64,000 nucleotides of DNA, from contig NW_024055744.1 in NCBI RefSeq assembly GCF_902713615.1, forward strand, positions 679,881 to 743,880, written 5' to 3'. Below are positions 1 through 10,010 of this stretch, piece by piece. The notes below the pieces were generated by a model, which made no database searches, was not told the DNA's origin, and worked only from the letters and a program-made list of their open reading frames with translations. Numbering within the stretch: the first letter of the stretch is position 1; the number at the start of each line of letters is the position of its first letter. Made by a program: the position numbers and the translations under genes. The stretch comes from Scyliorhinus canicula. Lineage: Eukaryota.

Positions 1-636
1 GGCAAGGTCAGAGAACGAGGCCTTCGTCCTGGTCTGGCACTGCAGCCTTCAGCAAGCGTTCTGGTACTTGGGAGTCTAGTGGGCTTGGATCGCGTAGCGA
101 GCGTTGAACTTACGGTTTCGGCGGCTGGTGCTCAACGGCTGGAGTCAGGATGCAAGATGTCAGTCAGAGCCGGAGCACGGGTTTAACAGACCGGACAACA
201 CGAGGTCCCTATCTTTTATAGGGGTTCCATTGTCCTTCCCTCTTCTCGGGCGGGCTCTACCTATTGGATCAATTTCTTATCGTACTGGATTAATTCCCCA
301 ATGCGAGGGGTCTCCGTGATGGAGGGGCGTTTCTTATGTCCTTTTGTTTGGAAGTTTCTGGTGCCTCGATGTCTGGGTCTTGATTAGAATGTGTCCATTC
401 AGAACCAAATGTATCTATTGTGTGGGTGTTCAAGTCTGATGGCCTCATTAGCATGCAAAGTGTTTTGCCATTTGCACCTAGCTAAGGTCTTTTCACCTGA
501 GCCCAAACTGGTTTCTGCTGCTGCAGAATGCAAACTGCTCTTTGCAGACTGCTGTTCTGGCTAAACTGTCTGTTTCCCAGCAGTCTTCTATTTTAGTTTG
601 GCTCAGTGTCCATTTTGCGTGGCCAGCATGGCTACA
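1..636 (-). mobile_element. LTR (retroviral/gypsy-like), antisense to IgM, runs off the window start
   Basis: The minus strand begins TGTAGCCATGCTGGCC at 636 (TG start). It has CCAAT (rc of ATTGG ~263) and TATAAAAG (rc of CTTTTATA ~213) in U3-like order, and it interrupts a LINE fragment that resumes at 637. The family is not determined. Confidence 0.5.
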
Positions 637-1110
637 GGCATTACCATCATTGAATCCCCACTCGAAACCTCCTGGGGGTTCACATGGACTAGAAAGTGAT
701 CTGGACGAGTCATATAAAATTTGAGGCCAGAAGAACAGGTCAAAGGTGAAAAACTCATCTCCTGACACCCCAAAGCCTGCCCACCATCTAAAGATCCGCT
801 GTGGAAGATCATCATGTCTCCTGAGGCAGCACTTTCCAAACCCATGACAGCGGCCATCTGGACAAGGACAGCAGACACATGGGAACACCGCCAACTGGAA
901 GCTCAACTCCAAGTCACTCAGCATCATGACTATAAAATATATCCCCGTTCCTTCACTGCCGCTGGTTCAAAACCATGGAACTGACTCGGGGAAACCCCAC
1001 ATGGACTGCACTGGTTAAAGAAGGAAGCTCACCACCTTCTCAAAGGCAATGAGGGATGGAAAATAAATGCTGACCCAGCCACAGACGCCTACATCACAAT
1101 AATGAATAAA
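637..1110 (+). mobile_element. CR1/L2-type LINE 3' fragment
   Basis: Degenerate RT C-terminal sequence ending in the tail GGCAATGAGGGATGGAAAATAAATGCTG...GAATAAA, which resembles tails elsewhere in the window (e.g. ~57680-57740). Confidence 0.5.
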
Positions 1111-1251
1111 CACAACACACTCTCCGTATACAATATGACAAGAATTTAACGGGCAGAAAAATCCCATTTGCAAAAGTAAAATCAGCAAATTTACAGGAAT
1201 GTTTATTGTCCCAGTTCTAAATTGTTTTGTGGAAAATTAAATTACATCGAC

Positions 1252-1378
1252 ATTAAAGCAGCTGCCCAGTGATCTACACTGCTGTCTGACTTTACACAGC
1301 CGGTGTTACTGACAGTATTAAAGCAGCTGCCCAGTGATCTACACTGCTGTCTGACTGCACACAGCCGGTGTTACTGAA
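1252..1378. repeat. 65-bp direct repeat, 2 copies, each with a CAGCTG E-box
   Basis: ATTAAAGCAGCTGCCCAGTGATCTACACTGCTGTCTGAC starts at both 1252 and 1317. Confidence 0.9.
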
Positions 1379-1659
1379 AGCTGATCAATGTGGAGAATCA
1401 GGACAGGATCGATGGAGAGGAAGAGGAAGAGGTGGGGGTGGTGGAGCCGAATGGAGGAGCCCCCAGCTCGGCTGTGGACAACAGGCATCGGAAAGCTGAG
1501 CCTGAGCGGAAACTCATCCAGAGAAACATCGTCCTAATGGGCTGGGAGAACCTGGGAATGATCACTCACCTACGGTCACTCACTCACTCACTCACTCTCA
1601 CCTGTCTTCACTCATTCACTTACCTTCACTCACTCACCATCACTCATTGACACTCACTC

Positions 1660-2890
1660 ACCCACCTTCCCTGACGCACTCTCACACACCCACCCTGACA
1701 CACTCTCTCACCCACCCTCTCTGACACACTCTCACTCACCCACCCTCCCTGACACACGCTCACCCACCCTCCCTGACACACTCTCACCCACCCACCCTCC
1801 CAGACACACTCTCACCACCCCCCATCCTCCCTGACACACTCTCCCTCACCCACCCTCCCTGACACACTCTCACTCACCCACCCTCCCTGACAGACAGTTA
1901 CTCACCCACCTTCCCTGGCACACTCTCACTCACCCGCCCTCCCTGACACACACTCACCGCCCACCCTCCCTGACAGACAGTTACTCACCCACCCTCCCTG
2001 ACACACTCTCACACACCCACTCTCCCTGACACACTCTCACACCCAACCTCCCTGACACACTCTCACTCACCCACCTCCCTGACACACTCTCACACCCCCC
2101 CCCCACCCCGTGACACACTCTCACACACCCACCCCCTCCTTGACACACACACTCTCACCCACACTCCCTGACACACACACTCTCACCCACCCTCCCTGAC
2201 ACACACTCACTCACCCACCCTCCCTGGCACATTCTCACTCACCACCCTCCCTGACACACTCTCACTCACCCACCCTCCCTGACACACTCTCACTCACCCA
2301 GCCTCCCTGACACACTCTCACTCACCCACCCTCCCTGACACACACACACTCACGCAAACTCCCTGACACACTCTCACTGACCCACCCTCCCTAACACACT
2401 CACCTAGCCTCCCTGACACACTCTCACTCACCCACCCTCACTGACACATTCTCACTCACACACCCTCTCTGACACACACACACTGACCCACCCTCCCTGA
2501 CACACACTCACTGACCCTCCCTCCCTGACACACACACGCTCACTCACCCACCCTCCCTGACACACTCTCACTCACCCACTCTCCCTGACAGACCCTCACT
2601 CACCCACCCTCCCTGACACACTCTCACTCACCCACCCTCCCTGACACACTCTCACTCACACACCCTCCCTGACAGACCCTCACTCACCCACCCTCCCTGA
2701 CACACTCTCACTCACACACCCTCCCTGACACACTCATTCACGCACTCTCCCTGACAGACCCTCACTCACCCACCCTCCCTGACAGACCCTCACTCACCCA
2801 CCCTCCCTGACACGCTCTCACTCACCCACCCTGACACACACACACTCACCCACCCTCCCTGACACACTCTCACTCACCTACCCTGACACA
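1660..2890. repeat. C-rich ~28-bp minisatellite (CTGACACACTCTCACTCACCCACCCTCC)n
   Basis: About 40 imperfect copies read directly. The minus strand carries GGGAGGGTGGG in each unit. Confidence 0.92.
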
Positions 2891-4220
2891 CTTTCACTCC
2901 CTCACCCTCACACACAGTCACCCATCCTCATTCACCACCACTCGCCCTGATTGACTCCCCCTTTCAGACCCAACCTAACTCGTTCATCCTCACTCACACA
3001 CTCTCAGCCACTCATCCTCAAACCAACGCACATTTTGACTCATCCTCACCCACTCTCCTTCAGGCTCTCCCCCTCACTCAGTCACCCCCCCACACTCACC
3101 CCCCATCCTCGCACACCCACCCTCACACACCCTCACTCACCCACCCTCACGCATGCTTATTCACTCACCCACACTCACACACCCACCCTCACGCACCCTC
3201 AATCAGTAACCCACCCTCACTGACACATTCACTCTCCCCCTCACTCAAATACCACCACCCACCCTAACTCACTCACTCACTCACCCTCCAACCCACCATC
3301 GCTCTCGAATGTTCCCTTACACATCCACCCTAACTCATTCATACTTACTCATCCAGCCTCACTCATTCACCCTCACAAAGACTCGCACCAACCCTCTTTA
3401 AGACCTTCACTCTCAGATCCTTACCCTTCCTCACTCACACACACTCACTCATTCACATTCCCTCATATACCCTTAATGAGCCACCCTCACCAGACGCACC
3501 TACCCTCTGTCACCCACTATCACTCACCCTCACTCACCCACCCATCCTCACACACCCTCATTTACCCACACCCATCCCCTCACTCACCCTGACTCACTCA
3601 ACCACCATCACACACCCACCCTCGCCCACCACCCACACCCATTCTCTGCCACTCACACATCCTCACTCACCTTCACACACCCACTAATTCTCAATGACGC
3701 ACCTCACTCACTGACCCGCACTCACTCATACATCCTCCTTCAATCATCCTCACTCATTCACCCTCACTCGACCACGGTCACTGACTCCCCCTCATTCATT
3801 CACCCCCTACATTCACTCACCAGCAGTCGACCCCCGACTCACCCAAGCTCACTCACTCACCGACCCCCTGACTCACCCACCCTCGCTCACTCATCTTCAT
3901 TGACTCTCACTACACAACCTCACTCACCCAGCGGCACTCATTCCCTGCGTCTCACTCACTCTCCCTCACCTACCCTGGCTCATTCGTGCTCGGTGACACA
4001 GCCTCGCCCATTTACCCTCACTCAGTCATTCACCCTGATCTACCACTCATCAACACTAATACATCCTCAATCAGCCAACTCACTCACACACACTCACTCT
4101 CCTACCCTCACTCAGTTACTCACTCACCCACACTCACTCTCCTACCCTCACTCAGTTACTCACTCACCCACACTCACTCTCCTACCCTCACTCAGTTACT
4201 CACTCATCCTCTCTCACTGA
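2891..4220. repeat. Degenerate C/A-rich low-complexity tract with a 40-bp unit x3 at 4091-4206
   Basis: The + strand is almost G-free. CACTCACTCTCCTACCCTCACTCAGTTACTCACTCACCCA recurs at 4091, 4131 and 4171 (last copy partial). Confidence 0.85.
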
Positions 4221-4327
4221 TGCTCAGGAAATCGGCAAGGGAGCGTCTGCAGCGAGTGAGGAATAGAGAACTGGAGCGAAACTGATGTCCATTGGCCCCC
4301 GAATGTGGCTCAGAACACGGAGGTGGC

Positions 4328-4920
4328 GAGAGCCGGGGGAAGGAGCGGAGAGCCGGGGGAAGGAGCCGAGAGCCGGGGGAAGGAGCCGAGAGCCGGGGAA
4401 AGTGCGGAGAGCCGGGGGAAGGAACCGAGAGCCGGGGGAAAGTGCGGAGAGCCGGGTGAAAGTGCAGAGAGCCGGGGGAAGGAGCAGAGAGCCGGCGGAA
4501 AGTGCGGAGAGCCGGGGGAAAGTGCGGAGAGCCGGGAGAAGGAGCAGAGAGCCGAGGGAAGGAGCAGAGAGTCGGGAGAAGGAGCAGAGAGTCGGGGAAA
4601 GATAGAGAGCCGGGGGAAGGCTGCAGAGAGCCGGGGGAAGGAGCAGAGAGCCGGAGGAAGGAGCAGAGAGCCGGGGGAAGGAGCAGAGCGCCGGGGGAAG
4701 GCCCAGAGAGCCGGAGGAAAGTGCGGAGAGCCGGGGGAAGGAGCAGAGAGCCGGGGGAAGGAGCAGAGCGCCGGGGGAAGGAGCCGAGAGCCGGAGGAAA
4801 GTGCGGAGAGCCGGGGGAAGGCGCAGAGAGCCGGGGAAAGTGCAGAGAGCCTGGAGAAGGGGCAGAGAGCCGGGGGAAGGGGCAGAGAGCTGGCGCAAGT
4901 GCGGAGAGCCGGACGAAAGT
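4328..4920. repeat. G-rich 20-bp minisatellite (GAGAGCCGGGGGAAGGAGCA / GAGAGCCGGGGGAAAGTGCG)n
   Basis: About 30 copies of two unit variants. Degenerate copies continue to ~5225. Confidence 0.93.
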
Positions 4921-5597
4921 TCATAGAGTGGGCGATAAGCCATAAGAATCGGGGTAAAGCGCACAGTGCTGGCGAAATGTTCAAAAAGACCGGGGAAAGT
5001 GCCAGGAACCGGGAAAAGTCGAAAGAACTGGGGAAAGTGCAGCACACATGGGCAAAGCACAAAGAGCAGGAAGAAAATTCAGTGCCGAAAGTGCAGAGAT
5101 GCGGAGGAAAGCGCAGAGAGCCGTGGAAAAGAGCAGAGAGCTAAACGATAGTGAAGGGACCAGGAGGAAGGTGCAGCAATCCAGCGGGAACCGCAGAGAG
5201 ATGGGGGAACGCTCAGAGAGCGGGGGGCGGGGGTTGGGTGGATCGCAGACAGCCCGGTCTCAGTGACAGGCGGAATATGGAGTTAACACCACAATCAGCA
5301 CAGGGCAGGCTCTTACTGAATGGGGGAGGAGACTCCACGGATTGAATGGCCTCCTCCTGCTGTCAATGTGCATGGTCCTAAAATTAGTGAATGTTGCAAT
5401 TACTCAAATGTAGAGTTTTATTGTAATTATATAAAGGTACATTCAGAAGGTGTTTTTGAAGCAAAGCCACAATTCTCTGGTTTGGGGAGTGGGGTTAGTG
5501 AGATGGAGGGAGGAGGGGGCATCAGTCAGTTTGAACAAAGGGAATTTCCCAAAACTGCAAAGATACAAATGAAGACACAACTTTTGTAAGACAAATT

Positions 5598-6295
5598 GAT
5601 TGTGACGTACACAGCTCAGTTAGCTGGATTGTGACGTACACAGCTCAATTAGCTGGATTATGACCTACTCGGCTCAGTTAGCTGGATTGTGACGTACACA
5701 GCTCAGTTAGCTGGATTGTGACATACCCAGCTCAGTGAGCTGTATTGTGACGTAGACATCACAGTCAGCTGGTTTGTGACGTACGCAGCTCAGTTCGCTG
5801 GATTGTGACGTACACAGATCAGTTAGCTGGATTGTGACGTACACAGCTCAGTTAGCTGGATTGTGACGTACGCAGCTCAGTTAGCTGGATTGTGACGTAC
5901 ACAGCTCAGTTAGCTGGATTGTGACGTACACAGCTCAGTTAGCTGGATTGTGACGTACACAGCTCAGTTAGCTGGATTGTGACGTACGCAGCTCAGTTAG
6001 CTGGATTGTGACGTATACAGCTCAGTTAGGTGGATTGTGACGTACACAGCTCAGTTAGCTCGATTGTGACGTACACAGCTCAGTTAGCTGGATTGTGACG
6101 TACACAGCTCAGTGAGCTGGATTGTGACGTACACAGCTCAGTTAGGTGGATTGTGACGTACACAGCTCAGTTAGCTCGATTGTGACGTACACAGCTCAGT
6201 TAGCTCGATTGTGACGTACACAGCTCAGTTTGCTGGATTGTGACGTACACAGCTCAGTTAGCTGGATTGTGACGTACACAGCTCAGTTAGCTGGA
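5598..6295. repeat. AGCT-rich 29-bp minisatellite (CAGCTCAGTTAGCTGGATTGTGACGTACA)n, ~24 copies
   Basis: Highly homogeneous 29-bp period; 698 bp / 29 = 24 units. The final unit runs into a SINE. Confidence 0.96.
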
Positions 6296-6475
6296 CGGCT
6301 GGTTCGTGACGAAGAGCGATCCCAACAGCGCGGGTTCAATCGCTGCACCGGCTGAGGTTATTCATAAAGATCTCCATTCTCAACCTTGCCCCTGGCCTGA
6401 TGTGTGGTGACCCTCAGGTTAAATCACCACAGTCAGCTCTCAAAGGGAAAGAACAGTCTCCGGGACTATGGCCTC
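6278..6475 (+). mobile_element. tRNA-derived SINE (same family as 22312-22530)
   Basis: A-box-like AGCTCAGTTAG and B-box-like GGTTCAATC. It is colinear with the copy at ~22312 (CAGCTCAGTTGGCCGGACGGCTGGTTCGTGA...GGTTAAATCACC). Confidence 0.75.
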
Positions 6476-6483
6476 ATTTGCAT
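6476..6483. promoter_or_regulatory. Perfect Ig octamer ATTTGCAT ~320 bp upstream of CH1
   Basis: Exact motif match. Function is unproven, as about 2 copies are expected by chance in 64 kb. Confidence 0.3.
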
Positions 6484-6800
6484 TTTATATTACATGGTGG
6501 CTGAAATAATGGGGGAAACGCTCTGCTCTTCTCTTTCAATCCAATGAAAGATACACCATTCAGATTACATCAAAATATGTTTTTTTTTTATAGAGACGGA
6601 GAAAGAGGTGAGTTTCTGAACAAGTGACAAAAAGTAGGTGATTCCGAACGATAGAACCGATAGAAGATTCAATGTGGATGTGTGATTTAATCGGAAATGT
6701 TAGGATAAAATCATAGTTCTAGTCAAATTATGAAATGCTTGGTTACTTATAAATCACAAATACCAGAGTCTAACTTGTTGAATGGGCCATTCTCCCCCAG

Positions 6801-7100
6801 TGACACCGACTCCGCCCACTCTCTACAGTCTGGTCTCCTCCTGTCAGCAACACAACACCGACGGCTCCGTGACCTACGGCTGTTTGGCGATGGACTACTC
6901 CCCAGAAATCACCAGCCTCACCTGGAAGAACGATGGGCAGCTGATCACCACTGGAGTTAAGAAATACCCATCAGTAAAAAACAAGAAGGGAACCTACACC
7001 CTGAGCAGCCAGTTAACCATCACCGAGTCAGAGGGGGGATGCAGCAACATCAGCTGTGAGGTTCGACACAGCGTCTCAGACAAGAGCATTGGAATGGAAT
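6801..7100 (+). CDS. IGHM: IgM heavy chain constant exon CH1
   Basis: Acceptor TCTCCCCCAG|, donor |GTAAGT at 7101, phase 1. Translation (V)[43 protein letters not shown]...ISCEVRH has the C1-set Cys/Trp residues plus the light-chain Cys, typical of shark IgM. Confidence 0.96.
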
Positions 7101-7308
7101 GTAAGTGTTGTGGAACCTGTGAGAAATAGAAAACCTATGATTACCTTATATAGGGTCTTGGATATAACTCATTTGTAATACTCTGCATATTCCTGATCCC
7201 TGGAAAATCCAGCTTAGTGTCTATTGACCACAAACATTTTTAAAGTATATCAACTCATTTTGTTTATCAATTTCTTCTGCAAGAAATATCTCATTGTGTT
7301 TCTTGAAG

Positions 7309-7617
7309 GTCCCAGAATTTATGCTCCAAATGTTCTCCTCACCGTGAGTTCCAGTGAAGAAATCACAAGGCAGAAATTTGCAACCATCGTCTGTTCGATC
7401 AACGATTTCCATCCAAAGTCAATGACGGTGAAGTGGCTGAAGAATGGACAAGCCATGGGTTCAGGAATTGTCACCTCTCCCGCCTGTGAAGTTAGCAGGA
7501 ACTTCTCAGCGAGCAGTCGGCTGACAGTCTCCGCTGGGGAATGGTTCAGCAAAGCGGTCTATACCTGCCAGGTCACTCATGAAGAGGTCACCCAAATTCA
7601 CAACATCACCGCGTCTG
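7309..7617 (+). CDS. IGHM: IgM exon CH2
   Basis: Acceptor TTCTTGAAG|, donor |GTAAGA at 7618. Open frame (C)[12 protein letters not shown]...[22 protein letters not shown]...[13 protein letters not shown]. Confidence 0.96.
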
Positions 7618-7852
7618 GTAAGAGACACAAACAGAGGAAACAATAAATCATCCTGCACTCTGATGTTAATCCAAATCAGGAATTTACTGAAGTTAGTACA
7701 AAGCACAGAATAACTTCTAGTTTGCTGCCATGTAGTTTGTGTTTCATTCTGATGTAAGAGCTGCATTAGGATTGCTGACCATTCACGATTTTATGAATAT
7801 AGAAATAAATGTATCCCTATAATTTGAAGTAATTTAGTGAGTGAGGTGAATC

Positions 7853-8033
7853 AATGAAATGAAAATCGCTTATAGTCACAAGTAGGCTTCAAATGAAGTT
7901 ACTGTGAAAAACCCCTCGTCGCCACATTCCGGCGCCTGTTCGGGGAGGCTGGTATGGGAATTGATCCCGCGCTGCTGGCCTTACTTGGTCTACTTTAAAA
8001 GTCAGCTATTTAGCCCTGTGCTAAACCAGCCCC
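7853..8033 (-). mobile_element. Short ~180-bp SINE family B (GGGGCTGGTTTAGCACA...TTTTCATTTCAT)
   Basis: Near-identical copies lie at 10815-10996(-), 23273-23444(+), 40107-40277(+) and 57046-57222(+). Pol III A/B-box-like motifs and a (TTTCA)n tail are present. Confidence 0.8.
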
Positions 8034-8471
8034 TGGTGGACTTGATATCAGCTTTATCCTCAGACAGCTGATTATATTTGAGAGTCAGTGGGTGTCTGGA
8101 ACCTTTAACTGATAACAGCTCCGGGGGAAGTGTTGGAAAGTTCATCCAACCTATTTATGGATCAGCCTCCAGTACTTCGTCCCTGAGATCAGGAATTGAA
8201 TATTTGTATTGGGAATGCTGCAATACTGATTCGTTAGAATGGCATCGGGGCTGACTGTATTTCACAATGAGAATAGTTTTCAGAAACCAAACTGGTCTTC
8301 CAATGCGTATCGAGGATTGAAGGCGATCTTTAGGGGTTGATGCTTCGAAGTTGATTATTTCGAGGTTGATGTTTCGAAGTTGATTTATTCCCATTTAGAG
8401 TTCAGGCTGAATCCTGCTGACCTGATTCTGAAGATCAAACTTGGCTTGATTTCCACTTTTTTCATTCACAG

Positions 8472-8780
8472 ATCCTTCCATTTGCACTGATGCCTCAGTA
8501 ACAATAGTGCCACCACCAATAGAACAGGTCTTACTGGAGGCGACTGTAACCTTAACCTGTGTCATTTCGAATGCTCCTTATGGAGTCAACGTGTCCTGGA
8601 GTGAAGCTAAGAAGCTGCTGAAATCAGAGATCGCCGACGAGCCTGGGGCAGATACTGAGAGCGTGCTCAGCAAATTAAACATCTCGACACAAGCCTGGCT
8701 GAGTGGGGCTGTGTTTGACTGTGTGGCGAGCCATCAGGACCTGCCAACTCCTTTAAGAATTTCAATTCACAAAAAAATAG
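8472..8780 (+). CDS. IGHM: IgM exon CH3
   Basis: Acceptor TTCATTCACAG|, donor |GTGAGC at 8781. Translation (D)[42 protein letters not shown]...[13 protein letters not shown]. Confidence 0.96.
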
Positions 8781-8994
8781 GTGAGCGGTGAGACTGAAGC
8801 AATAATTGAGCCATTGTGTCTATTTCTAGTGTCAGTGCAGCGGTCAGTATTTAGCATTCAGTGTATTTATGGTCCATTCTGATTGGTAATTCCACTAACT
8901 AAATACTCTGGGCGTTTAGAGTTTCAGGGGGAAATTGATATGTAGATGAATGAACAATGAATTAAACCCAGTGATATTGGGTGTAGATCAAGCG

Positions 8995-10010
8995 AGACCA
9001 TAGACCACAAGACTTAGGAGCAGATGTAACCCATTGGGCCCATCAACACCGGTCCAGCCTTCAGTGAGTTCAAGCCTGATCTGATGTGATAACCTTCAAC
9101 TCCTCTTTCCCACCTTATCCCCATATCTCTTGACGGTTTTACTGATTTAAAATATGTGTCCCTCAACCTTGAACGTACTGACCGACCCAGAATCTGAGGT
9201 CGCCTTCATTCTTCTAAACTCCAATCAGTACAGCCCAGCCGACTTAACCTCTCCCCGAAAGAAAATCCCTCCATACCCGGGATCAACCTTGTGATCCTTC
9301 TCTGGACTGCCTTCAAAACCAATCTGTCTTCTTTAGATAAGGGCACCAAAGCTATTCAAAATATATCAGGTGTTGTCTAACTAATTCCCCAGTTTTAGCT
9401 AGGCTTCCCCATTGTTATATTCTACTCCTTTTAAAATAAAGATCAGCATTCAATTTGTCTCCATATTACCTGCAGAACTTACTTTTTGTGGTTTCTGCAC
9501 GAGGGCCCCCAATTCCCCCGTTACTTCAGCTTTCTTCAGTCTTTCTCCATCTAAATAATAATTCTTTATGTTCTTCCTCCTACCAAAGTGTCTAACCTCA
9601 CATTCTCTGTCCCTCTGTGGATTTTCTGTAATCCTCACCACTTGCCTTTCTACCTATTTTTTGTCATCTGCAAACATGGGAATAGTACATTCATTTATCA
9701 AACACCGTTTTGAAATTCATGTATATTACATCTATTGCCCCACCCCCTCCCCCTCCCTCTCTCGCCTTCTCGTCATCACCTCAAATAAGGGCACTAAATT
9801 TGTCAGGCATGATTTACCCTTCCCGAAGCCGGACTGACTCTGTTTGATTATATTGAGTATTTATAAATGCTCAGCTATTGGATCTGTTATAATGGACTCG
9901 AACCGTTTTCCACTGACAGATGTTAAGGTCCCTGGCCTATAGTTACCTGTGTTTGACTCCCTTCCCTTTTGAATAAGGATGTTACATTGGCAGTTGTCCA
10001 ATCTTCTTGG
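8995..10010 (-). mobile_element. CR1-type LINE fragments in the CH3-CH4 intron
   Basis: Minus-strand translation GNYRPGTLTSVSGKRFESII matches the CR1 RT NYRPxSLTSV motif. A CR1 3' end lies at ~9000-9350. Confidence 0.75.

Noticed and set aside
4224-5144. ORFs of 250-279 aa on both strands
   Set aside because: These are by-products of the stop-free 20-bp G-rich array, with low-complexity translations in every frame.
5598-6295. CRISPR-like array (29-bp repeats)
   Set aside because: The repeats are head-to-tail with no unique spacers, there are no cas genes, and the context is vertebrate.
1-6800. V, D or J segments and recombination signal sequences
   Set aside because: No WGxG-type J motif, leader/V exon or heptamer-12/23-nonamer pair was found by eye. 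CACAGTC at ~6428 lacks a nonamer and lies in a SINE.
7101-7129. Cys-rich hinge-like extension CKCCGTCEK after CH1
   Set aside because: It lies beyond the consensus GTAAGT donor at 7101 and is intron read-through in the ORF track.
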